From contig JAUFOQ010000004.1 of NCBI GenBank assembly GCA_040285855.1, positions 1,736,001 through 1,800,000 of the forward strand: a stretch of DNA of 64,000 bases, written 5' to 3'. Shown here in pieces: positions 50,937-63,968 of this stretch; position 1 is the first letter of the stretch; each line of letters starts with the position of its first letter. The translations under genes were made by a program, and so were the position numbers. Source of the DNA: Eukaryota sp. GEM-RC1 (lineage: Eukaryota). Below the pieces are notes generated by a model, which did no database searches, was not told the DNA's origin, and was given only the letters and a program-made list of their open reading frames with translations.

Positions 50937-53900
50937 AGATTCCTGATCTTTCTGGTTTACGAGGGAGTCCTTGGGTACATCTTTCTTAGGCTTATTTGGA
51001 CAAGTTGCTCTGTTATGCCCAGGTTGAAAACATATACCACACTTTTTAGGACCTCTGACAGTTGTTGGAGGACGTTTTGCCTTACCCTTACCCTTACTCA
51101 CAGTCTTTTTCTTAGGAATCTGATCTGTATTCCCGCCATCCACGACAGGTGTTGTTTGAGATTTTGGTCTCTCGAGGATGGCAGGTCTACCTTGACCTTG
51201 AATGGTTCCATTTACAATATTGTAAATATTGATAGCAGAATTGAAGTCTCTATTCCAGAAGACATGACATTTAGCACATTCAACTAAGCCCCATGGTGAG
51301 ACTTTGTTGTTCTTCAATCTCTCTTTCGATAATGGCAACTGTTTGGTCCATTCATCATCAAAGTTACGCTCCACAATATTGTCTAATTGATTTTGTTCCA
51401 TAATTTCCTTTTTTAATTCTTTCTCTTCCTTATGTAACTTCTTCTTCCAATGAGGATCAGTGACTTTTATCCTTTCAGGATTGGAACAGATACCTTCGTC
51501 GTTTCTGGAAACACACGCAGAGCAACATTTGCGGGTCTTAAATTCATCAACTAGGAACACTTTAAATCCAAATTTTCTCAATAATTTCCGAATTGAAGCA
51601 CCTTTTTTCAAGTCGATGCTTTACCTCTTCTTCGACGAAAAGCAGTGTCGTTCCAGTCTCCATACCCAACAACGACTTCATCTGGGTTACCAAACTGGAG
51701 AGAAAATCTGTGAAGCATGTGTTTTTCACTTCGCTCCTTTCTTGAATATTGTGTTAGACGATTCCGTCTAAAACACTTTTCTTCATAAATTCCTTCAGTA
51801 TTTCTTTGATCAGTAGTGGGTGATCGTAGTAAAGAACAGGCAATTTCTTTACCAAGAACAAAAGCAGAATACTGAGTCAATTCACAAGATTTACTACCTG
51901 GCGAGTTAGAGCCCCATTGATCTAAAATTTGTTGCCCATTTATGTCAATGCGTCTGCCATCTGGACTGTGAATAAATTGGGTAGAATATTGTTGTAACCG
52001 TTCGGATTCAGATAAACGGTAGAGATTCTATCGTCTTATTTTCTTCTCCAGCTTCCTCTTCTTTCTATTAGCTCTTTTTCTTTCCTTCCTTGTTTTTTTC
52101 TTTTCCATGGAGACTTTTTTAATATCGGCATTGCGCTCCCCAGCAGTGTATCTGAATACTTTCCAATTATCACGATTTTTCAACTTGACAGTTGTTGGTT
52201 TGTCAATAGTTGGTGCGTCTTTCCAATCCTTCAATTCCTTTTTCAATTTTTTCAAACTTCCTTTTTTCTTTGATGACTTTGGAGAAATCTTTCTTCTTCT
52301 GAGTTTGGTTGATGTATCGAAACCTTCGATTTCCTTTTCCTCCTTAGATTTTAAAGAAGCACAATACATCAAATCATGCTGATTAGGATCAATAGCAACA
52401 ATTCTTTTGGATTTCAAATTTAAGTTTTGAATTTCCGTGGAACTCAAAGAATCAATGTACCTGTCGGTACTTGTGTAGTCGACTGCTTTCAATTTCTTAT
52501 GAGGATTTCCTCTCCCATCAAGCAGATCTTTCCGCATCATCATTAAACTACAGCTAACTCCATCTGTAGAAATAGAACTGTATTTGAAGTCATGAGACAA
52601 TGACTTTGGAAGACACTTTGGTTTCAAAACTGAGTGCCAAATATCTTTTCGAACTTCATCAATGTTACCTTTAATTTCTGATGCATAAACTTCTTTAAAC
52701 CATGAAGTATCCAACCTAATATGATTAGGAATCAATGATTTTGTTAGAGGAAAAGGATTATTGGCAGTAACACCAGTACAAGAGTCTTCAACAAGACGTT
52801 TCAAATACACTGCATGACTTAAGAATTTCAAAGGATCCACTTTTTCAGCATAATAGATTGTTTTTTCCATTTTACCTTCAAAAAAAGTAAACAAATAGTT
52901 AAAAAATAGTAAACTCAGTCTAGAATTGGGATCAGGAAACACTTCAACGTCTTGAAAATTAATTTTTCAAATTTCCCCATTAATGATCAACTGTCTGACT
53001 TCATTAAGCTTTGTACACAACTCTTGTCGTTTATTCTTATCAGTAAGCTTGTTAAGTCTATCTTTTTCAGGGTAACCAAATTAAATACTTGAAAAACATA
53101 TTCGTGAAAGTGTTCACTCATGTTAGTCTTGTAATTCGTTATAATTTCAGTAGCCATGTAATGCAATATACGAGATAAACGATGACTACTGGGAAACACA
53201 ATCCTATCAAGTCCAACAGATTCAGCAGCTAGTTCTAAACGAGGAATGTAATGAAACAGGAAGTGTTGAGCAAGCTGATTTTGAGTTGAGGCCTCATTTG
53301 TTTCAGAAATTATGTTTGTTAACGATTCTTGTACAGTCTTAATATGATTCTGGTTGTTTACAAGTTTTTCCTCCCTAATCGTCATCATAAATAACACTTG
53401 TTCCATTGATTTCAACGTAAAAAAATTCTTCCAGTCTGGCAATTCAATTTTATTAATTTGATTTTTAGTCCAAAGGTCAGGTTTAGGTTCACCACTCGCA
53501 TCTTCAATATTTTCTAATTTAACGGGAGGAGCAGTAGCATCGATAGACTCTGAATGTACATCTGTTTCTTCTTCAGTTGACTCATCTGTATCAGAATTCA
53601 TTTTTTCCTTAACAGTTACATTTGGAACAGTAGCAGGCAGTAACTTCTGAATGTAACCTAAAATACCAGAATGGTGAAAATTATGAACAAAAAAATGTTT
53701 CAAAAAGAGACTACTACGGACTCTTACTTGATGAGCTCTCTTAACAGGAGATTCAATCACTCTAACCTTACAACATTGTCTAGTCGTTTCTTAACCACTT
53801 TCATTGGTGACTTTGACCGTAATGTTTGCTTTTTGGGATCCAATAGGTCAGCCAACAAGTACTCAATCAGAGGTAATTGTTGAATTGAGTTCATCAACAA

Positions 53901-56690
53901 TAGCGGTCTTGTCGATTCCTTGGCCCAAAGTTCATTTACTTTCTCCAAATTTCTTATAAATTTCTTTTTAATCTTGTCGGCCTTCACTTTGGGATTGTCT
54001 GGAACTAAAACATTAATACTGTCAATTATGCCATGCAAGTTTTGAACATTATTGACCAATTGAACTTCATCAGGATCAGAGTCATGATTAAGTTCTTCCA
54101 AGCGTTTGACAGTTTCATTTTCAGAAAAATTATTCATTTCAAGGAAAATTTGAACAACATTTTCCAAAAAACGGCCACCAGTAAAGACATAAAAATTCTT
54201 CAATACAGCATTCAAATCGAGACTAAAAAACGGACCAAAAGTTGTTTCCTTACACCGTTTATTGAACCAAAAGGAAATGTAGGGTTTAAATTCTGGAAAA
54301 GTAAACGTTGTATTGATTTTGAGGACTTGACAACGTGATACAAGAAAGGGAAATGTATCTAAATGAAAATCATAACTCACAAACAATCGTGGACAATGTT
54401 GAGTAATGAAGGAAATGAAGTTTTTAAGCATACTGGATTCACTGTTTGAAATATGTAAAGTACACAAATCCAAGTTTGTAGTATCAAAATTGCCATGAAA
54501 AAATATATTTTTTTCATTAAACTCATTGTGATCAATGATCTGGATGGAAATTGATACAATCAGATCAACAGAAGAATCACGTTTAACTTCTAATTGATTT
54601 TCAAATTCACCTTCAAAAGTTTCAATGTCATCATCATCTTGAACAAGTTGAACATTTCTACCATTAATTTTTTTCTTTTTTGGCAAAATCACTTTGAACA
54701 TGGATTAAACAAAAGTTGGCATATTATTCCATAATAAAGGGGATTTAACAAAGTCTTGAATTTTTATTTCTTGTTGTTCGATAGGCTCTGGATTTCTTCT
54801 TGAATTGGCGATGGATACGACATAATGGAGGCCTTAATTTTGGGTGGTAATTCAGATGGTGGTAATTCAGATGATTCCAATGTGGACATACGGCGGTGAG
54901 TCTTTCGTATGGGAGTGGCACCAGTTGATACAAGGGAACTGGTAGTTCTAAATTTATTTCGTTTAATTAAAGGTGAACCTCGTGGTGATGGAATATCAGA
55001 AATTTTGGCCTTACTTTTTTTAGTGCTTAAACCAGTAGATGTTTTAGACGTTTACCTGAGATTGGTGACGCAGAAACATGCGACAACTCAACAGGACTAA
55101 AAGTTTCAAAATGTTCCAAAATTTTACTTCCAGACTCATGAACATCAATAGTGGTGCTACACAGCAGTTCTTTAACATCAGTCCACCTTATGACCACAGA
55201 TTGATCTAAATTCATTAAAAGTTCAATGTATTCGAGAACACAAAAACCAGAGTCAGTTAGAGTATGTTTGATATTTGATGGAATAAACCGTATATCTCTG
55301 ATTTCAAGGACTGATGAAACTGAATAAATTTGTGACACAATTGAAAATAAATTGGAGGAAGTTGGTGCAACTGGCGTTTGGTTAGCAGGAAATTCTCTGG
55401 CATAATCATCCTCAATGTAAGTCGGATCAATGAATAAAATATGACTTGTATGAGATGAAATGATCAGAATAATTAAACCCCAATGACGACCATCAGCAGT
55501 AAGATCACATATTGCACTATTGTCAGGAACAAGTAGCATTTGTTGGTGTTTCTTTTGACTACATTGAAAGAATTTCTGTGTCAAAAAATATGAAAATGGA
55601 TATTAATCATAGAGTTGGTCACCATATAATAACGGATATAAATCATTTGGCCTAATTACATAGTCATAAAAGATTAAACCTTTTGATACCACAAGTATTT
55701 TGGAATATTTGATGAACAATTGATCGTCAACATAAGTAAACAATTTCTGAATCTGTTTACGGAGATCTGCAGCATTAAGTTCATTGTTAACTTGGATTAA
55801 AGCACGTTCAATAGAGATCAAAGATAGATTGATGCGATCCCTTGAAATGAGTTCAACAAATTTTTGAATATAACCAATAACATAAATACCACAGTCATTA
55901 GGAGTCTGTGTCTTGGTGATGTTGAGCCTCTGTACGTTCAATGTTACTTTCCTACATAATTCATCTACAACAGAACTTAGACAAGAAGAACCAACAATTG
56001 GATCCACAAATATCGCGTTGTTTCCGCATAGTCTATTACCATTAGACCCCAATGAACTCCTCCAGATCCACCTGTTGTATTCATAGCATCGTTGAGAGGA
56101 ACAGCGAAGTATCTGGTGCTTCTCTCCCGGGCGTCATCAATCTTATTTTGGCAGTATCCATCAGTGAAAAAATCTGACCACATCTCACCTGGAGTAATGA
56201 CATAGCATTCCCAATCGAGGTTTGCTTCTTTGAATAGGTGTTTTGAGTATTCAGAAAGGGCGTCATCATCTATCCATTGGCCAGGATTCAGATACTCTAG
56301 GGAGTCTTTGGACAACGGACCGGGATTGGACTCAATGTCACCGTCGGCGGCGAGGTTTTTTGGGAACGGAGGACGGGAAGGGATAACACACGAATAGAAG
56401 TAGAGTACATACAACAGCAGAGATGGAAGTTTTTTCACAACATAGAAAAAGCTATTTATATATCGACTCAACGGAGATAGAATCCAAGCAGGGGATTCCG
56501 CCTCGTATTGAGTCAAATACAAACAACAAGATGGCAGCATGACATCAACGGGAGAGGAGAACAAGCTATCCATATATCGACTCAATGGAGATAGAATCCA
56601 AGCAGGGGATTCCGCCTCAAAATTGGATTGCGCCAAAAGAGGAGCCTTGTACGGAGCAGAGTGTCTGTTAGAATGTAAAACAACCAACAT
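50934..56690 (-). CDS. Fanzor1-type polyprotein, copy 2 (same architecture, one CCHC); frameshifts and an in-frame TAA at 55603
   Basis: DIESNPGP (within 56316-56360); protease and exo-like domains; STDGVSCS; IVAIDPN; VGYGDW; LVDEFKTRKCCSAC; CAKC..WNRDFNSAINI; CGICFQPGHNRATC. Confidence 0.85.
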
Positions 56691-58036
56691 TTGTGGATAG
56701 AGGAAAATGAAATGTTTCAGTCATCCCAGTCTAGATACTACAGTACAAGAGTGTCAAAACATCAAAACAACTCTAACTAATGTTATTAGTTATAACATCA
56801 TCCGTTACCATTAGTGATTACTTAAGAAGTCTTTAAGAGTGTCAATCGTATAACCAAACTCATTGACTTCGTTAGTTCTCTTCTGAATTCATTTGCTATA
56901 AAGCCAGGTATATTCGTAGACGAGAAGAAAATGAATTAATTCCAATAAGTAATGAAGTAATGAATGTAAATTCACTTGTCTGGAACGAAATCTGTAATAA
57001 AGTCTATACCAGAATTTTCCATGTCCTACTCAATCTTCAAACTCAGAAATACTTCTGAACAAGAAAGTCGTTCCCGTACCATCAAAACATATATGAAACT
57101 TGTTGTAAAGCTTGCTGATAAGCATGTAGTTAATTTGTCACTTGTTCTTCTTTCTTCTTCCTTATGGAACATACAATTCAATGGTCTTTAAACTATATTT
57201 CATTCAGTATTTTATACAATATTAACCGTTTATGGTTTTGTATCGATTTACATTGTTCGTATAAATGGTTAAAACAGACTTTTGATCAAAGGTTTTGGTT
57301 GAATCCCACTAACTTCACAGATTTTAAACCAATTCACATTGTGATATCAAAAGAATGTTCATTGAATTGTATAAAATACAACTTTACATTTGTCCAACGT
57401 AAGAGGTACTGCAAAACACTGTTTTGAGATCAACATCACTGTAATTGTATATAGAGACTTATACAGAAGCACATTAAAAACAATTCGAAAAAAATCTCAA
57501 AGTTAAAATGCACAAGATCACAAAATCCCAAATGCGTTAAAGGCGTCAAATGCGTCAAAATGCGCGCATTTGGCGCATTTGGCGCATTTCTGGAAATTGA
57601 TAGCTCACTTTTCCGAATCACTAGATAACTGTCAACACCAAACAAATCTTCAGACTATCCAAAAACCCCAAGGCGAGGTTCCAAATTTCTTCAATTTGTC
57701 ATCAGACTAACATATAAGATGACTTTTTGACTTCAGAATTCTTAACGGTTGTATTTTCCTTATTTACATTAAATTAAACTATCTGAACCAAGTAAACTAA
57801 ATCAGCCACAACATGAATCAGTAAGAGTCAGAAATGTCCACTCGAAAATGTCAAAACTACTGTGGAGTTTTATGTAAAATATTTGAGAGATTATTGTAGG
57901 AATTTTTTTTAGTTTATGATACTAATACAAATGACTATGGGTTATCGAATAAACTTATATAGTGTTGGATGAGTGTGCATTGCTATATATATAAAACATT
58001 GGTGTAAATATGTATTCAGAATTCATGTCATTAACA
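55077..58036 (-). repeat. Arm 2 of the inverted duplication (partner 40249-43096)
   Basis: Direct reverse-complement match; carries an extra 114-bp unit in the leader. Confidence 0.95.
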
Positions 58037-58289
58037 ATCGTATTCATTACATTTTTCAATACTTTTGAATTAGCTGGATCTGAACTATAAGTATTCGATG
58101 AGTGTTACAAAAGTCATACACTCCGATGAAAACCCTTAACACAGAAGACAGAAATAATGAATTAATGACGTGTATAACTAAACAGTGACAGAGTTAGCAT
58201 TGATTTTATCATTTTCAACAACTTTTTATATTTTTCAAAAATACGGAAACATTCAGACAGATAACTCACTCAGTCAAATTAATTAGGAT

Positions 58290-59300
58290 TAATTATAACA
58301 ACAATGAAAGCTCAGGAGAAGAAAATACGAACAATATTATTTACTTTTAATACTCCTGTCAACGCATTTTTACCTTCATCTCCAAAAGAGTTATCATCCA
58401 GATCTATGAATGTGATTGTTGAATTGGCCATCAAGACCTCTGCTAATATTTTGATACCGTCATCTCCAATAGAATTTCCCCTTAAAAAAAATATTTGTGA
58501 CTGTTGTATTGACCTTCAATGCGTCTGCCAATTCTTTAATGCCTTTATCCCCGATAGAGTTGCTGGTAAGATCAATTCGTTGGATTGATGTATTAAGTTT
58601 TAACACCTCTGCTAATGAGTTAACACCTTCATCTCCAATAGAGTTTCTGTAGAGAACAACACTTGTCAATGTATCATTGACTTTTAACGCCTCTGCCAAA
58701 GCTCTAGCACCTTCATTTCCAACTGAGCTCCAACTTAGATTAATACTGGTAATTCTGGTATCTACTTTCAACTTTTTGATCAATAGCATAGAAATAGATG
58801 AATCGAAGGTAACTGATACATAAAGTTGAAAAAGACTAGGAAACCACAAGGCAGAATTGTCGATGATCTCCAAGTCATTGCGATTCTCTAGAGAAATCCT
58901 TAATCCCGTTATTGCATTGAGAAAATTCCTAGGAACCAGTGTGTCGTTGAAAGAAGTCTTTGCGTGTAAGAATATAGACCTGACTTCAGATTTAAAGAGA
59001 GAAGTCAGTGAAAGAAGGAGCGGAAGATCTTCAGGTACTGCATGAAACGTGTTTGATTGGAGAAACACCTTTAGTGCCAGAAAAGAAGATTCAAAGAACC
59101 TATGGCTTACATAACCAACAGTCCTTGCTGATCTTAATATCTCACCACTTGCTTAGACGTCTCTCAAAGTCTTCTCTAGAAGTAACTACTTCGAATCCTC
59201 GCCGTCATCTTCTTGAATTGAAGCAGAATCTTTCTATAAATGTAAGATCATGTGGGTCCTTTCGATTGTGGAAGACTGAACCGCGGAGGATGGGGTAGAG
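58290..59300 (-). CDS. Leucine-rich repeat protein (RNI/NLRC3-like 28-aa LRRs), frameshifted; core ORF 58460-59068
   Basis: L..NSIGDEG..ALAEALKVN..LTS repeats. Confidence 0.8.
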
Positions 59301-59415
59301 GGAATCAAATAATAGTAGGGATTCGAGGTGCAGATAGCATAAAACGAGGAGTCCAAAGCCACGTGATTGTAAGTGGATCGTGGTGGTGGATACATTATTT
59401 TTTGAACAGTCTAGG

Positions 59416-60170
59416 CAGGGGGTGGTAAAAAATATTTAAATAAAATATACCAAACTTTTGCTCAAAAATAAATAGCACCGATATTTATTTTGGATAAATA
59501 AATATGAAAAATATTTAAATATTTTTTGTTCATACTTAAAACAGACAAGCAACGATTTTTATTAAACAACTAATCTAATAACTAATCACGTACATCAATG
59601 ACACTTTCACAAGGATGGTTCTTCCTCATTACAGCTCTAACTGTTTGGGAGCTCCACCAGGACCGGTTGTAATGAAGGAAAAGTTGTTATTCCAACGATC
59701 CAGCTGTGAGACCAAAGCGATGCTCACCAATTGTTCGGCGCACTGCAGAGAACAATCTCTCGCACTCGTTCGAAGTCCCGGAAATGAAAGAGAGGTTAAT
59801 GTAGCGAGAAGCATTGGACATACGGTTGGCAGACTCATTCAATTGAGACACAATATCGAAGTTCAATTGAGGATTACAGGGCTCTCTTTCAAATCTAACT
59901 AAAGACTGTCGTTCATCCTCAATTAACTCATTTTATCTGCCTTTCAACACTTTCACAACACCTGTCTCAAATAAGATTGAGTGAAGGATGTTGGAATCTT
60001 CAGCAGTGTAAGTATTACAACCCGGAAAGTAGCCATGAAACACGTATAAAAATATTTTTTTATTTTTCATACGGAAAAATAAATATTGGAACTTGCCTTC
60101 TGGAGAAAATAAATATTTCAACTATATTTATTTCAAATATTTAAATACAAATATTTTTTACCAGGCCCTG
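59416..60170. mobile_element. Non-autonomous hAT element
   Basis: TIRs CAGGGGGTGGTAAAAAATATTT / AAATATTTTTTACCAGGCCCTG; perfect TSD AGTCTAGG; minus-strand remnant PGTSNECERLFS. Confidence 0.9.
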
Positions 60171-60190
60171 AGTCTAGGTCCTGGTTCCGA

Positions 60191-60441
60191 TGTTAAATTT
60201 AGAGAATTATTACGCATGTCACCTCCCAATTTTAGGCATGTCCCTTAATTTCTTTTTTCACCTTAACTTTCATTGATCTCTTACAAAGATGCTCATATGG
60301 AATAAAATGGTCGTGTAGGGACCGTACTGCCCTCGATGTCAAAGCAGTGATGATACCGTTTGGCTACAAAGGGTAGGGAAAAGATGTTTATAAATTAAAT
60401 AATATGATCTTGTAACACTTCACTAACACCTGTGGCTAACA
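60191..60441 (-). repeat. 3' LTR of the Ty3/gypsy element
   Basis: TGTTA...TAACA termini, preceded on the minus strand by a polypurine tract (GAAAGAAGAGAAGAGG). Confidence 0.7.
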
Positions 60442-61470
60442 TTACCTCTTCTCTTCTTTCGAGCTCCTAGTTCTCTTTGCTACAGGTGTCTTAACTTTGG
60501 AAGACGTCTTAGGAGTACTCTTACTACCGGAGGTACGTTTAAGCTTAGTGTTGTTATTACTAGACCTGTTTCTATTGTTACGAAATAAATCTAAATTGTC
60601 TAATTTTACAAAGTCACTATACGCTTTGGTGTTCTTGATGTCCTTGATGGGAACTGACGAAGTATCACCACCAAACCAAAGTACAGTGCAGAATTCACCA
60701 TCGGGTGTATCAAACCTATCTAGGATCTTAACCACGATGTGTTCTTCAGAATCCCCAGAAGCAATTGCTCTGTGGAGATCATGATCAGCAGGTAGATCTG
60801 ATTGAAAGATCTTACATTGATGAATGCTAGTCTTACTAACATATCCAGTGATCAGATTCTTTAATGAAACAGAAGATTTTGAATCAACTGAGACAACTAG
60901 AAAAGGTCCAGTGTAGTTTCCATGGAGCTTACTAGTTTTGGCGACCTTTAACACAAGATCTCCAATCTTAAATGATTGACTAGTGTTAAACTTCTTCTTA
61001 GGCTTGAGTACTGATTGACGATCCTCTGCCTCTTCTCTTTTTTTTCGTTAAACGTTCTAGTTTCATTTTAATGTCGTCAATAAACGAAACATTCTTTGTT
61101 GATTTCTCAACAGCATCTAGTAAACCACTAGGATCTGCACCAGGACTTATGTCACTACCAAACATCAGTTCGTAAGGAGTATGCCCAGTTATTGAACTCT
61201 TTGTTGCGTTGATCTGCAACTGTACAGTTGGAATGTACGTTGACCAATTGTCATAATCATTGAAGTCCACAAGGAGACGACGTAGGCTTTGCAGAACGTC
61301 TCTGTGACGTCGTTCCACCAGTCCATTACTCTGGGAGAAATGAGGAATCGAACGACTTACTTCAATCGCCAGTAGGTTACATATTGCCTCGAAAATAGCA
61401 TTGGCAAACTCCGTACCATTATCACTATGGATACAAAACGGTATTCCAAAGATAGCAATCATTATTGGAA
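60442..61470 (-). pseudogene. Ty3/gypsy integrase C-terminal part with GPY/F and chromo-like domain
   Basis: FGIP..IHSDNGTEF, SQSNGLVERRHR, TGHTPYELMFG, KLHGNYTGPF, EEHIVVKILD...VLWFG. Confidence 0.85.
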
Positions 61471-63968
61471 CTAAAACGACGACTAAAAGATTGACTACGA
61501 CTGTCACCTGATCTACGTTTGTTGGACTTCTTATCACTGTCAGATTGAGGTTTTGATCTACAATCAGTGGAGTAATGGCCCATTTTTCCACAGTTAAAAC
61601 ATTTAACCGTAGACTTAACATCTCCAGGTGTACCATGAGAAGATTGAGAATGGGGCTTGTTTGCGGTATTTGGTCGATTTCTTCTATTTCTAGAAGGAAA
61701 ACGACTGGAAGGAGTGGATAAGGACTTCACAGCTGTGGAACGCTTGTAGGTAGTCCAGATCGATCTAACTTCTTGGAAGAATTGAGGTAGCTTATCATCC
61801 TCAGTTTTGAGACGATGATCCCATCTAAGAACAAGTTCATTCAAAGCAATAATTCCTTTGTCAGGATTCAGTGTTTCTAACATCAACTCGGCTACTGTGG
61901 AAGCAGGGACCTTTGTTCGGACAGTTTCATCACTCGACGTAGCTATTATCGCCATGGAACATTTGAGAACGCTAATTACGCCACGGAGGTATCGGTCAAA
62001 GCACTCAGCAGGGTCTTTGGAGCTACCCAATCTTATTTCTTTAATTGCATCAATGGCTGTTGTAGTTGATGAGTATTGACTCTTGTTAATCAATAAACGC
62101 CAGATGTTTTGTTCAAGTACCTGACTACTGTTGTTATTACCAATCAGATCTAACATTTTCCAATCATTCAAAGTCGTTTGATCTATGAAATGACTAATGC
62201 CAGCTGGATCAATCTCACACAATGCTGTCCTAGCAAGGTCGAATTTGTTCAAAGGAGTACCAATCCAGAGGTCATAATCGAAACGTTCAGTTTGTTTTCT
62301 GACATGAATGGCCCAATGAAAGAAGTCATGAATAAACTTCACAACCTCATAACGAGTGTCGTTTTTCAAGAACGGCTCTCTGTCTTTTTTCTTCTTGATC
62401 TTCTTGGGAGGAGTCACACCAGATGAGAGAATAACAGAATCATGAAGGACATTGTCAGGACGTTCATCTTCAGAGGATTGACTAAGATCGATGTGATTTT
62501 CAATCGATGGAGACAAATCAGGAAACTTGTTTGATTGTCTATCTCTTTCTGCTTTGGTTTTGTTGGCTTTAGCAATCAACTCGTTTCTATGTCGAATTTT
62601 CGGTTCTTCGAGTTCTTTTTTCGACATGACTGTTGATTCTTGGTTCAAATCACGAGTGAAGTTCTCGGTCACACGGTAAACGTTTTCATGTTCTTCACTG
62701 GCAACAAACCGATCAACGTCTCCAAATTCTCCATCAAACTTTCTAGTTGAGAGAATATCACGTGAACCATCAGTGAAGCGGTCAACAGATTCTGGACGGA
62801 AAGGTTCACCAGGAACGTGAGCAGAAAGGCGAGCAGTTTGACGTAGCTCTTCAGGCTTGGGAAGAAGTGTACCAACTTCTCGTAAAGCACCATGAGCAAC
62901 AGGAAGGACCTTTTGAGATCCGCCAATGCCACTAAACTGTTGGACAACCACAGAACCTTCATCAGGAACAGCTAAGGTCGTGTTTGATGCTTCAAAGGTT
63001 GACTGTGGAAGGTTTTCATATCTATGACCAACGGGAAGGTGTCTAGAACTAACAGCAACGTTGTGATACGTCTTGACTTGATTGCTCAAGCTTTGACAAT
63101 ACCACGCTGAGTAAGCATACGTAACGTATCTACCATCGGCATCGAAACTAGGTTCCAATGGTTCAATCAAGATACCATGACGAGGATCCCATGAGTAATC
63201 CGAGGGATAACGATACGTATCCCCAGCATCTCCATCATACAAATCACCCAGAAAGCGTTCAATAACTTGAGGGGAAATACCTGGAGGAACGTTCCTCAAC
63301 AGATAGTGCCGTCTTTTAGGCATACGGTTGCGGATGACAGGATGCCAAGGAGCGAACTTCGCCAAGTGCCACATGTCGTAATCAGAGATACCAACGCTGT
63401 TGTCTTGTGGACTTACCCAGGGTATGAGTCTATTTGGGATAGCATCCTTATGGAAGTGCTGTTCCTCAATAGACCCAACTAGCTCTTCGACTTTGTTGCC
63501 TCGATCTTCTGGAGAGAGACTCATCTTACGAGCTAGAAGTTCCTTTTCAACAAGAAGCTTCTGTTCTGCTTCGAGTCTTCTAGACTGCTCTTTGGCGAGA
63601 GATTCCTGTAACTTGCGAATCTCTTCAACCACTTCAGTTGACCTCTTTTGAGGAACTGGAACAACATCGGGAATGCTTTCTTTATTAAAACTATTTCTAC
63701 GAGGAAGAATAGGGAGAGGAGACGCTGTTACAACAACATCATGACTCTCGGAATGCGGAGTACTGCTACTGTCAGCATCGCTTACTCTATACTTCTCTAA
63801 CAAGCTTGGGATACGGTCTGAAATTACAGAGGGAGTATCCAAACCCACTTCGCCATCCTTGCGGGAAGACGAAGTCCTTCCATCCTCAGATGGGCATCCA
63901 CCTTCAGGTTGAACATCTACAACTCTACGAGAAGTAGATTCACCACCCTCAGGTGAGATTTCCGTCAC
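61425..63968 (-). CDS. Gag-like ORF of the LTR retrotransposon (may begin beyond the window edge)
   Basis: 847-aa ORF with the CCHC knuckle CFNCGKMGHYSTDC, running into integrase sequence. Confidence 0.75.
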   Translation of the reverse strand: MTEISPEGGESTSRRVVDVQPEGGCPSEDGRTSSSRKDGEVGLDTPSVISDRIPSLLEKYRVSDADSSSTPHSESHDVVVTASPLPILPRRNSFNKESIPDVVPVPQKRSTEVVEEIRKLQESLAKEQSRRLEAEQKLLVEKELLARKMSLSPEDRGNKVEELVGSIEEQHFHKDAIPNRLIPWVSPQDNSVGISDYDMWHLAKFAPWHPVIRNRMPKRRHYLLRNVPPGISPQVIERFLGDLYDGDAGDTYRYPSDYSWDPRHGILIEPLEPSFDADGRYVTYAYSAWYCQSLSNQVKTYHNVAVSSRHLPVGHRYENLPQSTFEASNTTLAVPDEGSVVVQQFSGIGGSQKVLPVAHGALREVGTLLPKPEELRQTARLSAHVPGEPFRPESVDRFTDGSRDILSTRKFDGEFGDVDRFVASEEHENVYRVTENFTRDLNQESTVMSKKELEEPKIRHRNELIAKANKTKAERDRQSNKFPDLSPSIENHIDLSQSSEDERPDNVLHDSVILSSGVTPPKKIKKKKDREPFLKNDTRYEVVKFIHDFFHWAIHVRKQTERFDYDLWIGTPLNKFDLARTALCEIDPAGISHFIDQTTLNDWKMLDLIGNNNSSQVLEQNIWRLLINKSQYSSTTTAIDAIKEIRLGSSKDPAECFDRYLRGVISVLKCSMAIIATSSDETVRTKVPASTVAELMLETLNPDKGIIALNELVLRWDHRLKTEDDKLPQFFQEVRSIWTTYKRSTAVKSLSTPSSRFPSRNRRNRPNTANKPHSQSSHGTPGDVKSTVKCFNCGKMGHYSTDCRSKPQSDSDKKSNKRRSGDSRSQSFSRRFSSNNDCYLWNTVLYP

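Noticed and set aside
39407..55605. TAA reassignment, suggested by in-frame TAA at 39407, 45127 and 55603
   Set aside because: The aligned or expected residues differ (Y, R, K) and intact genes in the window end in TAA, so point mutations or errors are more likely.
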